From the IMG/VR virus record IMGVR_UViG_2663763407_000006, positions 12,440 through 76,439 of that record: a stretch of 64,000 bases of DNA; one strand, written 5' to 3'. This DNA is from a virus (lineage: Duplodnaviria; Caudoviricetes). The translations under genes and the position numbers were made by a program. Of this stretch, positions 27,669-37,161 are shown one piece after another (the stretch's first letter is position 1; every line of letters starts with the position of its first letter). Below the pieces are notes generated by a model. The model had not been told where the DNA came from. It saw only the letters and a program-made list of their open reading frames with translations, and did not search any database.

Positions 27669-28382
27669 TCAATAATCCAGAACTGACCACCAAAACACGC
27701 GGCCAATAATTTCTACGGTTTCTCCGTCAGCATCTTCATCTGGGTGCTCGACTTTATTAAAGCTGCGGATACTTAGCTTATTTCCTGGCATACGATATAA
27801 AAGCTTAAGGCGTTTTAATCCGTCTTGATTGATTGCATATATTTTACCATCGATAATTTTTTTATTTGCACAATCAACAGCTACTGTCGTACCGTTTGGT
27901 AGAATCGGCTCCATGCTATTTCCATGGGCTGGAAAGCAAATAACATTCTCTTTCTGAGCACCAACTCGTCGCAAGGTCGATTTCGAAAAGCGAAGTTTAA
28001 AACCATTGTAGTCTTGATCACAAAAGCTACCATCACCGGCAGCAAGTTCAATATCACGTAAGAATGGTACTTCGACCTCGTCTTCGTGAATTGGGCACTG
28101 ACTATCCCAAGGTATAATATTCCCCCATTCATTCTCAGAAGGAATATTTGATTCCTGATTTATTGTTTTAGTCGATTCCTTCATCGGCAAAATCCCTTCT
28201 CCAAGCCATTCCGGGCGTACCTGGAGTGCGCGGGAAATTTCCAGTAGCTTAGTGGTGCTCTGGCTTTTACCGGACGTTATTTTTTGAATAGCAGCTTGTG
28301 AAACTCCAGCCTTCTCAGCTAGCGCAGCCTGAGTTAGCCCAGATTCCTTCATGGCTACTTTCAATCTTTGTGCAAGTGTCAT
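27669..28382 (-). CDS. cI: CI repressor (HTH + S24 autoprotease)
   Basis: HTH, AAG cleavage site, GNSMEP, LKLL, IIGRV. Confidence 0.95.
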   Translation of the reverse strand: MTLAQRLKVAMKESGLTQAALAEKAGVSQAAIQKITSGKSQSTTKLLEISRALQVRPEWLGEGILPMKESTKTINQESNIPSENEWGNIIPWDSQCPIHEDEVEVPFLRDIELAAGDGSFCDQDYNGFKLRFSKSTLRRVGAQKENVICFPAHGNSMEPILPNGTTVAVDCANKKIIDGKIYAINQDGLKRLKLLYRMPGNKLSIRSFNKVEHPDEDADGETVEIIGRVFWWSVLDY

Positions 28383-28399
28383 TCCCATCCTCGCAAAAT

Positions 28400-28490
28400 A
28401 CAACCTTAGTTATACTCGGTCAAATCACTATTGTTGTTGCTTAAAAACAACCTTGGTTGTATATTTGCAGTTAAATACAACAAAGGTGAT
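28400..28490. promoter_or_regulatory. OR operators (434-like ACAA-N6-TTGT)
   Basis: ACAACCTTAGTTAT 28400, ACAACCTTGGTTGT 28447, ACAACAAAGGTGAT 28477. Confidence 0.8.
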
Positions 28491-28494
28491 TGAA

Positions 28495-28761
28495 ATGGAT
28501 AATGTAATTAAGACGGCAATTAAAATTGTTGGCACTCAAAAGAGACTAGCAGAGGCGTGCGGCGTTACTCAGGCGGCCGTTCAAAAATGGTTATGCGGCA
28601 AAGCAAAGGTAGCCCCGAGAAATGTTAAATTTCTCGTTGAAGCTACCAATGGTGAGGTACAAGCGCATCAAGTTCGCCCTGATTTACCAGACTTATTTCC
28701 GCATCCTCATCCGCATCCAGAGCCTGAAGCTAGCCTAACCCAATCCCACTCACAAATCTGA
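28495..28761 (+). CDS. cro: Cro/YdaS-like regulator
   Basis: GTQKRLAEACGVTQAAVQKWL..RPDLPDLF; divergent from cI. Confidence 0.9.
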   Translation: MDNVIKTAIKIVGTQKRLAEACGVTQAAVQKWLCGKAKVAPRNVKFLVEATNGEVQAHQVRPDLPDLFPHPHPHPEPEASLTQSHSQI

Positions 28762-28798
28762 TTATCAATAATCAATTTCCTGCGACAGGAGACGCAAC

Positions 28799-29263
28799 GT
28801 GGAACAAGAAATCAAAGCCCTTAAAGCCGAAGTTCAGGCGTGGGCGGCAGAGCGGGGGCAGGAGCATGTAGCTATCGAGATCAGCAGAATGTTTTTCTTG
28901 CTCAATATCAACACCGGTTCAGTTCGTCTCACTCCCATTGAAAACGGGCAGGGCGGCGCTGATTGGAAGTCTATTAATAACAACCGGCAGCAGTTATTTC
29001 GCTGGCTGCGCGGGGATTCAAAAGCATCAATGCGCAAGGTCTTGGAATTATCACCGGTACTTAAAGCGGCACTCCCGGCAGAACGGCGGGCCAGGGTGAA
29101 TGGCGAGACCGTGAATTATTTGGTTTCGATTGCTAGCCGAGAGTTTGCCGCAGCAATTAGCGCGGTTCTATTAGATGGCTGTGACATGTCACAAAGAATA
29201 TCGGGCGCTGTTGCGGCACTTCACGCAATCAGACCACAACACCAACGGCTGACCACCGTATAA
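28799..29263 (+). CDS. CII-like/YdaT family protein
   Basis: AWAAERGQEHVAIEI..NRQQLFRWL..ALPAERRAR. Confidence 0.8.
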   Translation: MEQEIKALKAEVQAWAAERGQEHVAIEISRMFFLLNINTGSVRLTPIENGQGGADWKSINNNRQQLFRWLRGDSKASMRKVLELSPVLKAALPAERRARVNGETVNYLVSIASREFAAAISAVLLDGCDMSQRISGAVAALHAIRPQHQRLTTV

Positions 29264-29279
29264 AACAGAGGCAAGACCA

Positions 29280-29504
29280 ATGCTTACATCTATCGACAAA
29301 ATCACCTGGCGCAATGGATTCCGGCTTAACGGCCAACCGGCAAGTATGGCTGACATCGCCCCTATTTTTGCCGGGCGTCAGGTAGCCGCCTATAGCGTGT
29401 GGGAGCAGTACGAGCAGAAGAAAGCTGACCTGCGCGGGATGAACCTATCGCCTGACGATTATCAGTCTGCCTGTCGGCAAATAGCCGCAGCGCTGGGGAT
29501 CTGA
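29280..29504 (+). CDS. Hypothetical protein
   Basis: GAGG SD; between cII-like gene and initiator. Confidence 0.75.
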   Translation: MLTSIDKITWRNGFRLNGQPASMADIAPIFAGRQVAAYSVWEQYEQKKADLRGMNLSPDDYQSACRQIAAALGI

Positions 29505-29506
29505 CT

Positions 29507-30481
29507 ATGAGCATGAATCTAATGGCTAAGGCCATGAGTATCAAAGTCGGGAACCCGTTACGTAAATTGGTACTGATAAAATTAGCCGACAATGCCAACG
29601 ATCAGGGCGAGTGCTGGCCATCGGTTCCCTATATTGCTGAACAGTGTGAAATATCCGAACGCTCGGTACAGAATCATATCCAACAACTGGTAAAAAATGG
29701 GCTGGTTAGGATTGAAGAGCGTAAATCTGAAAATGGCTTAAATCGCTCAAATGTTTATCACCTGCGCTTAAATTCCGCTGGTGCAAATGCTGCACCCTAT
29801 GGTGAATCTCCTGCACCCTCTGGTGCAAACGGTGCACCGGTTAGTGGTGCAAATGCTGCACCCAGAACCAGTCACTCTTTTGAATCAGTCATAGATCCCA
29901 ATACACCCCTTACCCCTCAAGGGGGAACTGAAAATATTCTCGCTGACGCTGAAAGGGCGTTGGCGTATTACAACCAACTCACTCACACCCGATGTGAAGA
30001 CCCAGGGCCATTTGAAATCTTGCTGACAACAACCAAATCGCGCAAAGCCTATGCGCTGGTTGATTTGCAGTTGGTGACCCATTGGGTGGTCAGCACATGG
30101 AAACCACGTAACGGCAAGTATGCCAAGCCTGCGAATATCTGCCGCGTGAATCGGTTCGATGGTTATCTGGCCGATGCCCGCGCATGGTCTGAGTCTGCAG
30201 GGCGGATTGATTGCGATGCAGTCATTGCTGCATACAACCGTGTGTTCAGCGATGTTTTGCCACTGGCTGAAATCGATCAAGACCGTAAGCACGCTATCCG
30301 CGAATTACTCCAATACCTCAAAACCAAAGATCTTGAAGCGTTTCAGGGCTATTTCGAGGCGTTCCGCGAACAGGCTCCGGTGTTTTATTTCGGTGGTGAT
30401 GATGGTTCCCACTGGCGCGCCAATTTTGATTATTTGATGAAACCGGACGTGTTGAGAAAAACCCGCGATGGTGCGCTATGA
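29507..30481 (+). CDS. Replication initiator (wHTH)
   Basis: KLVLIKLADNAND.GECWPS..IAEQCEIS; internal iterons. Confidence 0.9.
   Translation: MSMNLMAKAMSIKVGNPLRKLVLIKLADNANDQGECWPSVPYIAEQCEISERSVQNHIQQLVKNGLVRIEERKSENGLNRSNVYHLRLNSAGANAAPYGESPAPSGANGAPVSGANAAPRTSHSFESVIDPNTPLTPQGGTENILADAERALAYYNQLTHTRCEDPGPFEILLTTTKSRKAYALVDLQLVTHWVVSTWKPRNGKYAKPANICRVNRFDGYLADARAWSESAGRIDCDAVIAAYNRVFSDVLPLAEIDQDRKHAIRELLQYLKTKDLEAFQGYFEAFREQAPVFYFGGDDGSHWRANFDYLMKPDVLRKTRDGAL
29780..29862. repeat. Origin iterons, four GGTGCA-N5-TGCACC-type palindromes
   Basis: Copies at 29780, 29801 (variant), 29822, 29846. Confidence 0.85.
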
Positions 30482-31851
30482 AACCTCAAGAGTTAGAAGC
30501 GGCAATTCTATCCGGCCTGCTGTATGGCGGCTCAACCCCTGATGCGTTGGAGGTTATTGCCACACTGCCGGAAGAGGCATTTAGCATCAGGATTTATCGT
30601 TCTGCCTATGCGGAAATTAAAAAGCAGGCACTGACCAAAGGGATGATCGATGTTCTGTTTGTCAGTGAGGCGCTGGGCGGTAGTAGTCTGGCTACGCTAT
30701 CTGAAATTGTCCGTATGCCGGGCAACGTGGCGAACCTGAAAGGCTATGCCGCCCATGCCCGTAAGATTTGGTATAGCCGCACCATGACCGCATTATTTCA
30801 GACCGCGGCTGACGGCATCCGAGGGGCGAACAATCAGGAACAGCGCGATCAGGTGATACAGGGAGCGGTAACACAGCTAATTGATATGACGGCAGATAGC
30901 GGCGGCATTATCCCGGTGCATCTAAATGACTTATTGCCCGGCTATATGGACATGCTGGATAAGCGCATGAATGGTGAAATTGAGTCAATGAACCTGCAAA
31001 GCGGCATTGTCGAGCTGGATGCCATCACCGGTGGCTTTAACCCGCAGGACTTGGTGGTTATCGCCGGGCGTCCGGGGATGGGTAAGACCGAGTTTGCGTT
31101 GAGAATTGTTGAGGGGGCCACACAGAACGGCGGCGGGGCGCTGATATTCAGTATGGAAATGGCTTCCCTACAGATGGTAGAGCGTTCCGTTGCCGGGGTC
31201 GGTAATTTGCCGGTGTCAAAATTGCGTGACCCTAAAACCTTATGTGACGAGGACTGGGCGCGCATTAACTCTGCACTACAGGCATTGAATGGCCGTGATA
31301 TTTGGATTGTTGATGCCAGCGAACTAACCATCGATCAGATACGGGCTATCGCCGAAACACACAAGCGCCGGTACCCGCAATTAAGAATGGTGATGGTTGA
31401 TTATCTTGGCCTGATTACCAAACCCAAGGCGGAGCGTAATGACCTATCAGTCGGCATCATTTCACGCGGCTTAAAAACACTGGCCGGTCGGATAAACACC
31501 CCGATTTTTGCCCTTAGCCAGTTATCCCGAAAAGTGGATGAACGGCCACCGGGTAGCCGTAGGCCAATCAGTTCCGATCTCAGAGACTCCGGTTCAATCG
31601 AGCAGGATGCTGACAGCATCATTATGTTGTATCGAGAGGCGGTTTATAACGCCGATAGTCCGGCGGCCAGATTTGCCGAGGCCATTGTAACCAAAAACCG
31701 ATTTGGTGAGCCCGGCACCGTTTATCAGGAATTTAAAAACGGCCACTTTCTGCCGGTGGATCAACTAGTGGCAAAGGAAGCCAGCCGAATAGCAAAAGAG
31801 GCATCAAGGCCACCGACCAAAGAAAAACACTATTCAACACCTAAATTTTAA
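30478..31851 (+). CDS. DnaB-like replicative helicase
   Basis: GRPGMGKT, FSMEM, VDYLGL, LSQLSR, DLRDSGSIEQDAD. Confidence 0.96.
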   Translation: MKPQELEAAILSGLLYGGSTPDALEVIATLPEEAFSIRIYRSAYAEIKKQALTKGMIDVLFVSEALGGSSLATLSEIVRMPGNVANLKGYAAHARKIWYSRTMTALFQTAADGIRGANNQEQRDQVIQGAVTQLIDMTADSGGIIPVHLNDLLPGYMDMLDKRMNGEIESMNLQSGIVELDAITGGFNPQDLVVIAGRPGMGKTEFALRIVEGATQNGGGALIFSMEMASLQMVERSVAGVGNLPVSKLRDPKTLCDEDWARINSALQALNGRDIWIVDASELTIDQIRAIAETHKRRYPQLRMVMVDYLGLITKPKAERNDLSVGIISRGLKTLAGRINTPIFALSQLSRKVDERPPGSRRPISSDLRDSGSIEQDADSIIMLYREAVYNADSPAARFAEAIVTKNRFGEPGTVYQEFKNGHFLPVDQLVAKEASRIAKEASRPPTKEKHYSTPKF

Positions 31852-31894
31852 CCGCGCCTGACCAGCGTGTGAACTAACCCAAAGAGGCAAGACC

Positions 31895-32317
31895 ATGCAT
31901 ACAATCAATGAATACATCAATGAAAAACGTCCGGTTATTGACGATGGCTGCGACCACGGCCCGGCAATAATAGATCGTATCAATCAAGCAGCTCGCGCTC
32001 GTCTGCGTGTCCCATATGTTCCCGCACCAAAGCTGGATAAGGTGGCTGAACCTGTCATTGAACATGGCGCCATGGTGAAAATCGGTAACCGTATTAGCTA
32101 TGGTCGCCGCGTTATGACCGGCATTTATGAATTACAGCGCCTTGGCCGTTCCCCGCAACGTATTTCAGTCATGCTAAAAATGCCGCTGGATAGAGTTGAG
32201 CACATTCTTAAAGCAGATACCCCGGTAAGACTGGAACTACTCAACAAAGTAAAGGCCGGGCCACTCCCCAGCGAACCCAACATCATGAAACGCCTGGCGG
32301 CTGAGTCGAGGGCGTAA
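31895..32317 (+). CDS. Hypothetical protein (possible HTH)
   Basis: GAGG SD; GRSPQRISVMLKMP..V.HIL. Confidence 0.7.
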   Translation: MHTINEYINEKRPVIDDGCDHGPAIIDRINQAARARLRVPYVPAPKLDKVAEPVIEHGAMVKIGNRISYGRRVMTGIYELQRLGRSPQRISVMLKMPLDRVEHILKADTPVRLELLNKVKAGPLPSEPNIMKRLAAESRA

Positions 32318-32319
32318 CC

Positions 32320-32571
32320 ATGGCCGGGCAATCGGATTATCTCCCACCCGGACTCCCGTACAACATTTGCCTCTGGCCTCAGGAATACCAAGAAAAGCTA
32401 AATCTTGATTTGAGGGCCAGCGGCTTAATCAAAAATCTGTACGAGCGTAGAACCCACCGCGCCCACGTACTGGAAGCGATTGAACGGGTACCGGTGCATT
32501 ATCGGGAGTTTTTTAAACAGCGCTTAAATTACTGGCGTGACCGTAGAGACCACAGAGGTGAGACCAAATGA
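32320..32571 (+). CDS. Hypothetical protein
   Basis: GAGGG SD; ATGA-coupled to next ORF. Confidence 0.7.
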   Translation: MAGQSDYLPPGLPYNICLWPQEYQEKLNLDLRASGLIKNLYERRTHRAHVLEAIERVPVHYREFFKQRLNYWRDRRDHRGETK

Positions 32572-32687
32572 ATATATCAACCGATGGCATGATCGCTGCA
32601 ATTCGTTCAGCAGCCGAGAGAGTGGAACCGCGTGAAAGTGAGGTGCTAAATGGTAGTTTCAACCAATTAAAAAGGGCTGATATGTAG
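32568..32687 (+). pseudogene. 39-codon ORF, possibly truncated by DarTG insertion
   Basis: Good SD and coupling, but ends where sequence turns AT-rich. Confidence 0.45.
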
Positions 32688-32888
32688 TGAAATACGACGA
32701 ATACTGTTGAGTTGGCCGTGGGTTAACTGAGATTGATGGTTTAACGCTGTCGGGCATATCGTTAGGAGCTAAAGACCTAAATTGGCCGGTAAGAAAGTAT
32801 TAATATTTCTAATGTTAGTATTGATTTTGTTTCTAAGTGTGTAAGTATGTGTTTTGAGATTTACACACAAAAATAGTATGGAGTTATT

Positions 32889-34220
32889 ATGCCAATCCCA
32901 GCACAGCTAATAGGTTGTTTCTTTTATCATTTTACCTCAATAGAAAATTTTAGGTCAATTTTAGAACATGGCTTTCTTAGCCCAAAAGAGAAAGAAAGAA
33001 AAGGTATAAATCATTTAGATGTAGCAAATAATGAAATACAAGAACGTAGACGAGCTATGATTGTGTCATGTAACAGTCCAACGACTGTCCATGACTATGT
33101 TCCTTTTTATTTTGCTAAGCGTACATCAATGCTTGCATCAATTATAAATGATAGAAAAATAGACCAGAAAAATATTATTTATTTTGCATTACCAATTGAA
33201 TTGTCAGAACATACTGGAATAGCATTTACAGACTCTTCTGCGAATAAAATTGAACCTCCAAATTTCTTTAACTCCTCAAATGATTTAGAAAAATTATCTT
33301 GGGATATTATAAATAAGGATAAATGGAAAGTCGATTGTGAAGAACAACGAAATATAAGAATGGCGGAATTTTTATATCCAACTAGCTTGGCATTCTCTCA
33401 TGTTGCAAAAATGATAGTTTGGGATAATGAAATAAAAAACAAACTTGAGGATATTGCCGCATCTCTCGATACCCACCTCCCATACATATCTACTTATGAT
33501 CATAAGCAGCACTATTTTGTAGCTAACTGGAAAAATGAAAATGAGCCACCTGTATCTATAGTAACAGGGCCAGATTCACTATTTAAACTAGTAAATGAAA
33601 TAATATATAAAATTAATGATATGACGAATCATTTGTCTCCTAAAAAATCCATATGTAAACTTGTAAGTGAGATTAGATCTGATTTTTGTTGTTTAAAGGA
33701 ACTTGCAGATATTGATGGCATGCAGACAAGTAATAACATTCATCATGAGGATGTAGGGGCGCATAGTAGGAGTGTTGCAAAAAATATAGTCAATTCGGAG
33801 TTATATGCTAAATTAAGTAATGATAATAAAGCGTTACTAGAACTAGCTGCGTACTTGCATGATATAGGAAAGGGGCCAAAGTCTAGGTGGGTAAATGAAG
33901 TTCAAGATGTTGATAACGAACACTGTTGCAAATCTTTGCCTATGCTCGAGCGAATTATCGTTGAAGAGCTAGGTTCGATTCCCGTAGATACGCTTCGTAA
34001 ACTGATTACATTTGTTGTATATGATGACATAATCGGAGAAATTGTCGCCAAAGGAAGGAAGGAATCTGAGTTTTTCCGAGTAGTGAAAGATAAAGAGGAT
34101 GTTGACATGATAATTGAACTAGGAAAAGCCGATATGGCGGCAATTAATCCGGCTTGGATCGATATGCATTCTCAAGCAATCGAGAATGTACGTCAACGCG
34201 CCTATATTGCTATAGAGTAA
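32889..34220 (+). CDS. darT: DarT (DUF4433) ADP-ribosyltransferase fused to HD domain
   Basis: YHFT..N..SIL..G.LS, HDYVPFYF, FTD..A, RMAEFL; H..AAYLHDIGK..H..D. Confidence 0.88.
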   Translation: MPIPAQLIGCFFYHFTSIENFRSILEHGFLSPKEKERKGINHLDVANNEIQERRRAMIVSCNSPTTVHDYVPFYFAKRTSMLASIINDRKIDQKNIIYFALPIELSEHTGIAFTDSSANKIEPPNFFNSSNDLEKLSWDIINKDKWKVDCEEQRNIRMAEFLYPTSLAFSHVAKMIVWDNEIKNKLEDIAASLDTHLPYISTYDHKQHYFVANWKNENEPPVSIVTGPDSLFKLVNEIIYKINDMTNHLSPKKSICKLVSEIRSDFCCLKELADIDGMQTSNNIHHEDVGAHSRSVAKNIVNSELYAKLSNDNKALLELAAYLHDIGKGPKSRWVNEVQDVDNEHCCKSLPMLERIIVEELGSIPVDTLRKLITFVVYDDIIGEIVAKGRKESEFFRVVKDKEDVDMIIELGKADMAAINPAWIDMHSQAIENVRQRAYIAIE

Positions 34221-34230
34221 GGTTTTAATA

Positions 34231-35340
34231 ATGTTAACTTTTGTAGACGGTGACTTTTTTGATTATGATGCTGACATTCGTATAAACACTGTTAACTGTG
34301 TCGGTGTTATGGGTGCTGGCGTAGCTTTAGCTTTTAAGCATAGATATCCGATGATGTATGATGAATATGTGGATCAATGTAATAAAGGCCTAATCAAACC
34401 AGGAGTCCCTACAGTTTGGTCTCAGGAAGATTTGACATTAAAAAAAATAGAAATAATTAATTTCCCTACGAAATCACATTGGAAGAAAAAGTCTGAATAT
34501 ACCTATATATCTGATGGGTTGGAATGGCTTTCAAACTATCTATTAGATAAAAAAGATAAGGTTGTCACATTACCTGCATTGGGATGTGGGCATGGAGGGC
34601 TTGAGTGGGAAAAGGTAAAAGAGATGATAATTAATTATCTTGACGGTTCTCCGTCGAATATATTAGTTTTTGAACCGAAAAGCTCAAAGCAAGCTGGTTC
34701 ATTAAGTTTGGAGGGAAGAGTAAAAAATAAGAATGCTTCAAAAATAAAAGTATTAAAAAAATTATCGAATGAATATCCGATGAAGCTTGCTGGATATACA
34801 GGGAAAGATTTATTTGTTTTTAACTATAAAAAACTTCCACAAGATTTTGATATAACACTTGTTATTAGTTCCAAACCAGATGAAGTGGAAATGAATATTA
34901 TAAATAAAATTATTTATTTTTGCGCTAAAAATAACCTAAGTGTTTTGTTTGGGCCTACATTAATTGAAAAAAAAATAGCACTGAACCTTTCACGTAAAGG
35001 TAATGTAATAGGGGTTTTTCTTCCTACTAATATTTTCAATTCAGCTGATGAATTATCTGTGAAAGATTCTAATATAGTGCTGCTTTCTATTGGCGATCCA
35101 TTAGTCTCTTTCGATAAAAAAGAATACTTACCATCAGTAATTAGTCGTATATATTTATCTAAATACACAATATTTACTACACCTAGGCTAGAGTGGTTAA
35201 AGAAAAGGGAAAATGACTTTTTGTCCTCTGACAGTAAGTTGTTATATATCGACTATGAGAACTTGAAAGATGAAGATAGAAAATCGGTCGAGATACTTGG
35301 AGGCGTTCCTTTAAGTGTTGATGATATGACAATTTTTTAG
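34231..35340 (+). CDS. darG: DarG-like macrodomain protein with extra C-terminal domain
   Basis: NTVNCVGVMGAGVALAFK, IINFPTK.HW, PALGCGHGGL.W. Confidence 0.9.
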   Translation: MLTFVDGDFFDYDADIRINTVNCVGVMGAGVALAFKHRYPMMYDEYVDQCNKGLIKPGVPTVWSQEDLTLKKIEIINFPTKSHWKKKSEYTYISDGLEWLSNYLLDKKDKVVTLPALGCGHGGLEWEKVKEMIINYLDGSPSNILVFEPKSSKQAGSLSLEGRVKNKNASKIKVLKKLSNEYPMKLAGYTGKDLFVFNYKKLPQDFDITLVISSKPDEVEMNIINKIIYFCAKNNLSVLFGPTLIEKKIALNLSRKGNVIGVFLPTNIFNSADELSVKDSNIVLLSIGDPLVSFDKKEYLPSVISRIYLSKYTIFTTPRLEWLKKRENDFLSSDSKLLYIDYENLKDEDRKSVEILGGVPLSVDDMTIF

Positions 35341-35491
35341 AGAATTTTATTAGCTATAAATATATACTCACTATTCTATTATTTTTGAAATAGATAGCTA
35401 GAAAGTCTCTTCTCTGTAATACTAAATGTATCGGACTGAACACCCGATAACCTAAATATCGTGCTGCTGTGCCATACATCCGGGGGCGGAA

Positions 35492-36085
35492 ATGGCACAG
35501 TATAGTTTTACCAAATCAACAGGTGGGATCTTAGTACCGGCCACGCCGGATGCTGAGGATTTCGTTAAAAACACCAAGCTGGGGACTATTGTCACCGGCG
35601 AATTCAAACGTGTGCGTAATGCGCCGTTTCACCGTAAATTCTTCTCGTTACTCAACCTTGGTTTTGAATATTGGGAGCCAAAGGGCGGGGCGATATCACC
35701 ATTTGAACTTAAATTTCTGCGTGGCTATGTAAGCCAACTTATTTCCTATGTGGGAAATGAGGGGGTTCTTCATGAGATAGCTGACGATTATCTGGCGCTG
35801 GTGGCCGGTAAACGTGCTGCAAACTTATCTACTGCAAAATCATTCCATGCTTTTCGCCGTTGGGTGACCGTTGAGTCTGGACATTATGATCTGTTCGAAT
35901 TACCGGACGGCTCAACGCTGCGTGAACCTCGCTCTATTTCATTCGCGAAAATGGACGCGCTGGAATTCAACGATTTATACAAATCAGTGCTGAATGTGCT
36001 GTGGACTTTCATTCTCAGTAAATCATTCAGTCATCCATCCGAGGCGGAGAACGCTGCCAGTCAATTAATGAGCTACGCGGCTTAG
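35492..36085 (+). CDS. DUF1367 family protein
   Basis: RN..FHRKFF.LL.LGFEYWEP.GG..SISFA.MD. Confidence 0.88.
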   Translation: MAQYSFTKSTGGILVPATPDAEDFVKNTKLGTIVTGEFKRVRNAPFHRKFFSLLNLGFEYWEPKGGAISPFELKFLRGYVSQLISYVGNEGVLHEIADDYLALVAGKRAANLSTAKSFHAFRRWVTVESGHYDLFELPDGSTLREPRSISFAKMDALEFNDLYKSVLNVLWTFILSKSFSHPSEAENAASQLMSYAA

Positions 36086-36093
36086 GGGGTGTC

Positions 36094-36378
36094 ATGGCTA
36101 ATTTACGCAAAGAGGCTAGGGGCCGTGAGTGCCAAATCCGTATTCCGGGTGTATGCAATGGCAACCCTGAAACAGTGGTACTCACGCATTATCGGTTGGC
36201 AGGAACCTGCGGTACCGGAATTAAACCCTCAGATGAGCAGGCCGCGTGGGGCTGTAGTGCATGCCATGACGAATGCGACCGCCGCACCCGGTTAATTGAT
36301 GGTGACACTGCACGCCTATATCACGCCGAGGGCGTTATGCGCACGCAGGACACATTGAGAAAGGAGGGGAAGCTATGA
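36094..36378 (+). CDS. DUF1364 (YbcO-like) Zn nuclease-like protein
   Basis: LRKEARGRECQIRIPGVC..CSACHD. Confidence 0.9.
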   Translation: MANLRKEARGRECQIRIPGVCNGNPETVVLTHYRLAGTCGTGIKPSDEQAAWGCSACHDECDRRTRLIDGDTARLYHAEGVMRTQDTLRKEGKL

Positions 36379-36875
36379 ATACTGGCGCATTACGTTTAAA
36401 CCAAGAGCAAGAGGCATGGCTACAAACCTTACTATCGCAGTGGGGGGCGTGGGTATATACCGGCAGGCTTGAAAAACGGCAGAGCAGTATTATCGCTGAG
36501 TATATGGCAACCGTAGAACCGAGAGATTATCCCAATCGCCCAATTTGCAATGATGATGATGGTATGTTGATCCATAGTGTGGTTGATATTATTTATCACA
36601 TCGATAGAAAGGCTTTCGGATTACTACTGAGCCGATATGTGCAAGGTTCCTCTGTTCGCGCGATATCAAAGTATTATCATGGAGTAGCGAATCCCAGAGC
36701 GATGGTGAGCCGCGCAGGGTTACCAGCGTTTAGGAAACCATCAGAAAAAACCTGTCGCCGAGAGGTTGAAGAAATATTAAACGCCACTGAGTGTTTATTA
36801 TACCAACCGCTACAAGATGCGTTCATTTGTCGTGAAAATGAACGAAAAAGCAAGAAATATAGCAAAACGTGTTGA
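36375..36875 (+). CDS. Q: Late antiterminator Q
   Basis: WGAWV..CNDDDGMLI; upstream of promoter, terminator and lysis genes. Confidence 0.85.
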   Translation: MNTGALRLNQEQEAWLQTLLSQWGAWVYTGRLEKRQSSIIAEYMATVEPRDYPNRPICNDDDGMLIHSVVDIIYHIDRKAFGLLLSRYVQGSSVRAISKYYHGVANPRAMVSRAGLPAFRKPSEKTCRREVEEILNATECLLYQPLQDAFICRENERKSKKYSKTC

Positions 36876-36900
36876 CTTCGCGGGGTCAATGGGTCAGTAT
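36872..36900 (+). promoter_or_regulatory. Late promoter pR'-like
   Basis: TTGACT-17bp-CAGTAT with internal TTGAC/GTCAA inverted repeat. Confidence 0.6.
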
Positions 36901-36938
36901 TTTACTGTACGTTGCTATATGTACGCGTAAATCTGATT

Positions 36939-36962
36939 AACCCGCCATTCGTGCGGGTTTTT
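36939..36962 (+). terminator. tR'-like terminator
   Basis: AACCCGC-cattcgt-GCGGGTT plus Ts. Confidence 0.75.
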
Positions 36963-36979
36963 GCGTTTTTGCCCTCAAC

Positions 36980-37127
36980 AAAAAAACCGCCTGACCTTTT
37001 GAGTCAAGCGGCTATCATTTATCACTCGTTAGAAATGGGCGACCCCGATATGTATCAGCATATCAGGGCCATTACACCCATGTTTCCGGTCATGAGTATA
37101 ACCAAGGCCCACCCTGCTAACGTCAGC
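36980..37127 (-). ncRNA. Predicted structured antisense RNA to mom leader
   Basis: Minus-strand terminator, stems with G-U pairs only on minus strand, TAGGAT -10 at 37134-37139. Confidence 0.5.
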
Positions 37128-37161
37128 GGTGGTATCCTAACGGAATACTGTATATATAACC

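Noticed and set aside
28699-28725. PHPHPHPEPE repeat in Cro tail
   Set aside because: Short low-complexity expansion with no functional evidence
22093-32567. RBS motif as a DNA operator
   Set aside because: Non-palindromic, strictly transcript-oriented, and variation is wobble-biased, which fits RNA pairing better
35429-35449. Hairpin TATCGG-ACTGAACAC-CCGATA upstream of the DUF1367 gene
   Set aside because: Single hairpin with no assignable function from this window
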